A stretch of DNA of 64,000 bases. It comes from an uncultured Verrucomicrobiae bacterium (lineage in GTDB: Bacteria > Verrucomicrobiota > Verrucomicrobiia > Opitutales > JABDGR01). The notes below the pieces were generated by a model that saw only the letters and a program-made list of their open reading frames with translations, did no database searches and was not told where the DNA came from. The position numbers and the translations under genes were made by a program. The stretch covers positions 128,001 to 192,000 of the forward strand of contig CAVXVB010000002.1 of the NCBI GenBank assembly GCA_963765205.1. The letters are read 5' to 3'. Shown piece after piece: positions 63,712 to 64,000 of the stretch (positions are counted from its first letter, which is position 1; the number at the start of each line of letters is the position of its first letter).

Positions 63712-64000
63712 CCTGGCTGGCCGATTACGAAAAATACTGGGGGCCGCTGCGCCTGTTCCGCTACGAGACTTTTCGCGGCCTGGGCGGCGCGGCCACGGCC
63801 TTGCTCCTGGGCTTCATTTTTGCGCCGTGGATGTTCGCAAAGTTGCGCTCACTCAAAGCCAGCCAGGCCTTCCGGCAGGCGGACGAGCTGGGCGTGCTCA
63901 CCGCGCGCCACAATGCCAAATCGGGCACGCCGACGATGGGCGGACTGCTAATTTACGCGGTGGTGACGGCCAGCGTGCTGCTCTGGGCGCGGCTGAATCT
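63705..64000 (+). CDS. mraY: Phospho-MurNAc-pentapeptide transferase, partial
   Basis: MLTWLADY...HNAKSGTPTMGGLLI. Confidence 0.93.
   Translation, partial: MLTWLADYEKYWGPLRLFRYETFRGLGGAATALLLGFIFAPWMFAKLRSLKASQAFRQADELGVLTARHNAKSGTPTMGGLLIYAVVTASVLLWARLN

Overview
High-GC bacterial chromosome segment, most likely Verrucomicrobiota/Opitutales. This is inferred from the DUF1592-type cytochrome protein, ECF/anti-sigma modules, short HemA and the dcw layout. Housekeeping genes: cdsA-uppS, uvrA, hemB, cysS, pyrD, cysK, hemA-ccsA, nadK, tlyA and the start of the dcw cluster (mraZ-rsmH-ftsL-ftsI-murE-murF-mraY). Accessory genes include a 16-repeat WD40 protein, an ABC ATPase plus permease-CPBP fusion, an oxidoreductase cassette, two ECF modules, a protein with six SHD1-like repeats and a GT-C-like membrane protein. 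Mobile DNA: a ~2 kb integrase/excisionase remnant in tRNA-Pro(CGG) whose integrase reads through the tRNA, an internally deleted IS1595, two stacked IS5-family elements and an IS630. The most unusual non-coding signal is a set of small intergenic palindromes whose arms are tandem 7-mers or 9-mers, with a different unit at each site. There are also nested REP/REPIN elements. Several essential genes carry single-base frameshifts, most likely sequencing or assembly errors. All calls are from reading the sequence by eye; no searches were run.
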